Origin: Arenimonas sp.
GTDB lineage: Bacteria; Pseudomonadota; Gammaproteobacteria; Xanthomonadales; Xanthomonadaceae
Length of the DNA stretch: 56,870 nucleotides
Direction of reading: 5' to 3'
Assembly (NCBI GenBank): GCA_043754555.1
Contig: JAYUUM010000032.1
Coordinates: 1 to 56,870, forward strand
This document shows positions 56,428 through 56,870 of the stretch, piece after piece; position 1 is the stretch's first letter, and each line of letters begins with the position of its first letter. Both the position numbers and the translations under genes were made by a program. Below the pieces are notes generated by a model. The model was not told the DNA's origin. It worked only from the letters and a program-made list of their open reading frames with translations, and made no database searches.

Positions 56428-56868
56428 TTAATTACCTTGTTGTCCGTAGTTTTTCAAAAGCAAAGACGTCGCGGCATTTTCGCTCGATCGCTCGTCCATA
56501 CCGTCATTCCCACTTGCGCTCAGAAGAAGCAGATTGTTCCGCATATTTTTCATATCTTCAGCTAACGCAGGGATTTCCTGCTCACAAGCCAAGCCCGCTT
56601 CCAAATGTGCAACGGCCTCTATAATGTCATCATTTGCTGCTGCAATTAATCCTTTCGCATAGGCAGCTAATGTATGTCCCTCTGGCAATTTCGCAATAGG
56701 TGAGAACATTTCTTTTGCCAAGCCTGCTTCATTTTTCACGAGATACAACTGCCCCAACTGAAAACGTGCCATCAGGAAATCGGGCGCGAGCATTACGGCC
56801 TTTTTAAAGCCTTCTTCGGCCCTGTCCATCATACCAAGCTGGGCGTGTTCAGCTGCCAATAAATACGT
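56428..56868 (-). CDS. TPR protein (partial, begins beyond the window)
   Basis: Frame open to the window edge; LAAEHAQLG...AVMLAPDF..ARFQLG TPR pattern. Confidence 0.8.
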   Translation of the reverse strand, partial: TYLLAAEHAQLGMMDRAEEGFKKAVMLAPDFLMARFQLGQLYLVKNEAGLAKEMFSPIAKLPEGHTLAAYAKGLIAAANDDIIEAVAHLEAGLACEQEIPALAEDMKNMRNNLLLLSASGNDGMDERSSENAATSLLLKNYGQQGN

Positions 56869-56870
56869 GG

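Noticed and set aside
1-56870. tRNA, rRNA, riboswitch or IS transposase
   Set aside because: None recognised by eye; a covariance-model and IS search would be needed to exclude them.

Overview
Chromosomal window from a proteobacterium, probably a gammaproteobacterium, with four blocks. (1) 1-2.05 kb is the tail of an integron cassette array: three ~90-bp attC sites, an RHH/RelE toxin-antitoxin cassette and a HEPN-like cassette. (2) 4-23.6 kb holds mostly core genes: ppc; a divergent selU/selD pair flanked by GTAG-type REP doublets; a FabR/DesT-type regulator with a perfect operator upstream of an oxidoreductase-desaturase operon; an MBOAT acyltransferase and its partner; a PAS kinase / REC-REC-Hpt / REC-EAL phosphorelay; a secreted EEP enzyme; and an orphan Imm70-like gene. 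(3) 24.9-34.2 kb is a second, decaying cassette array with the same attC family and no integrase. It contains three attI-like simple sites, two of them within a duplicated ~210-bp element. (4) 35.6-56.9 kb is a minus-strand flagellum-derived cluster with export gate, ATPase, MS ring, rod, L/P rings, hook and a FliA-like sigma factor. Its FliG-like protein lacks the C-terminal torque domain, its FliM-like protein lacks the CheY-binding motif and its FlgH has no lipobox. No flagellin, FlgK/L, FliD, MotA/B or FlgM is present in the window, and TPR genes head the cluster. This is the best candidate for a non-motile secretion or appendage system. A palindrome CTGTCA-N4-TGACAG recurs in intergenic DNA at both ends of that cluster and in the attI-like elements. 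All calls come from reading the sequence by eye; no database searches were run.
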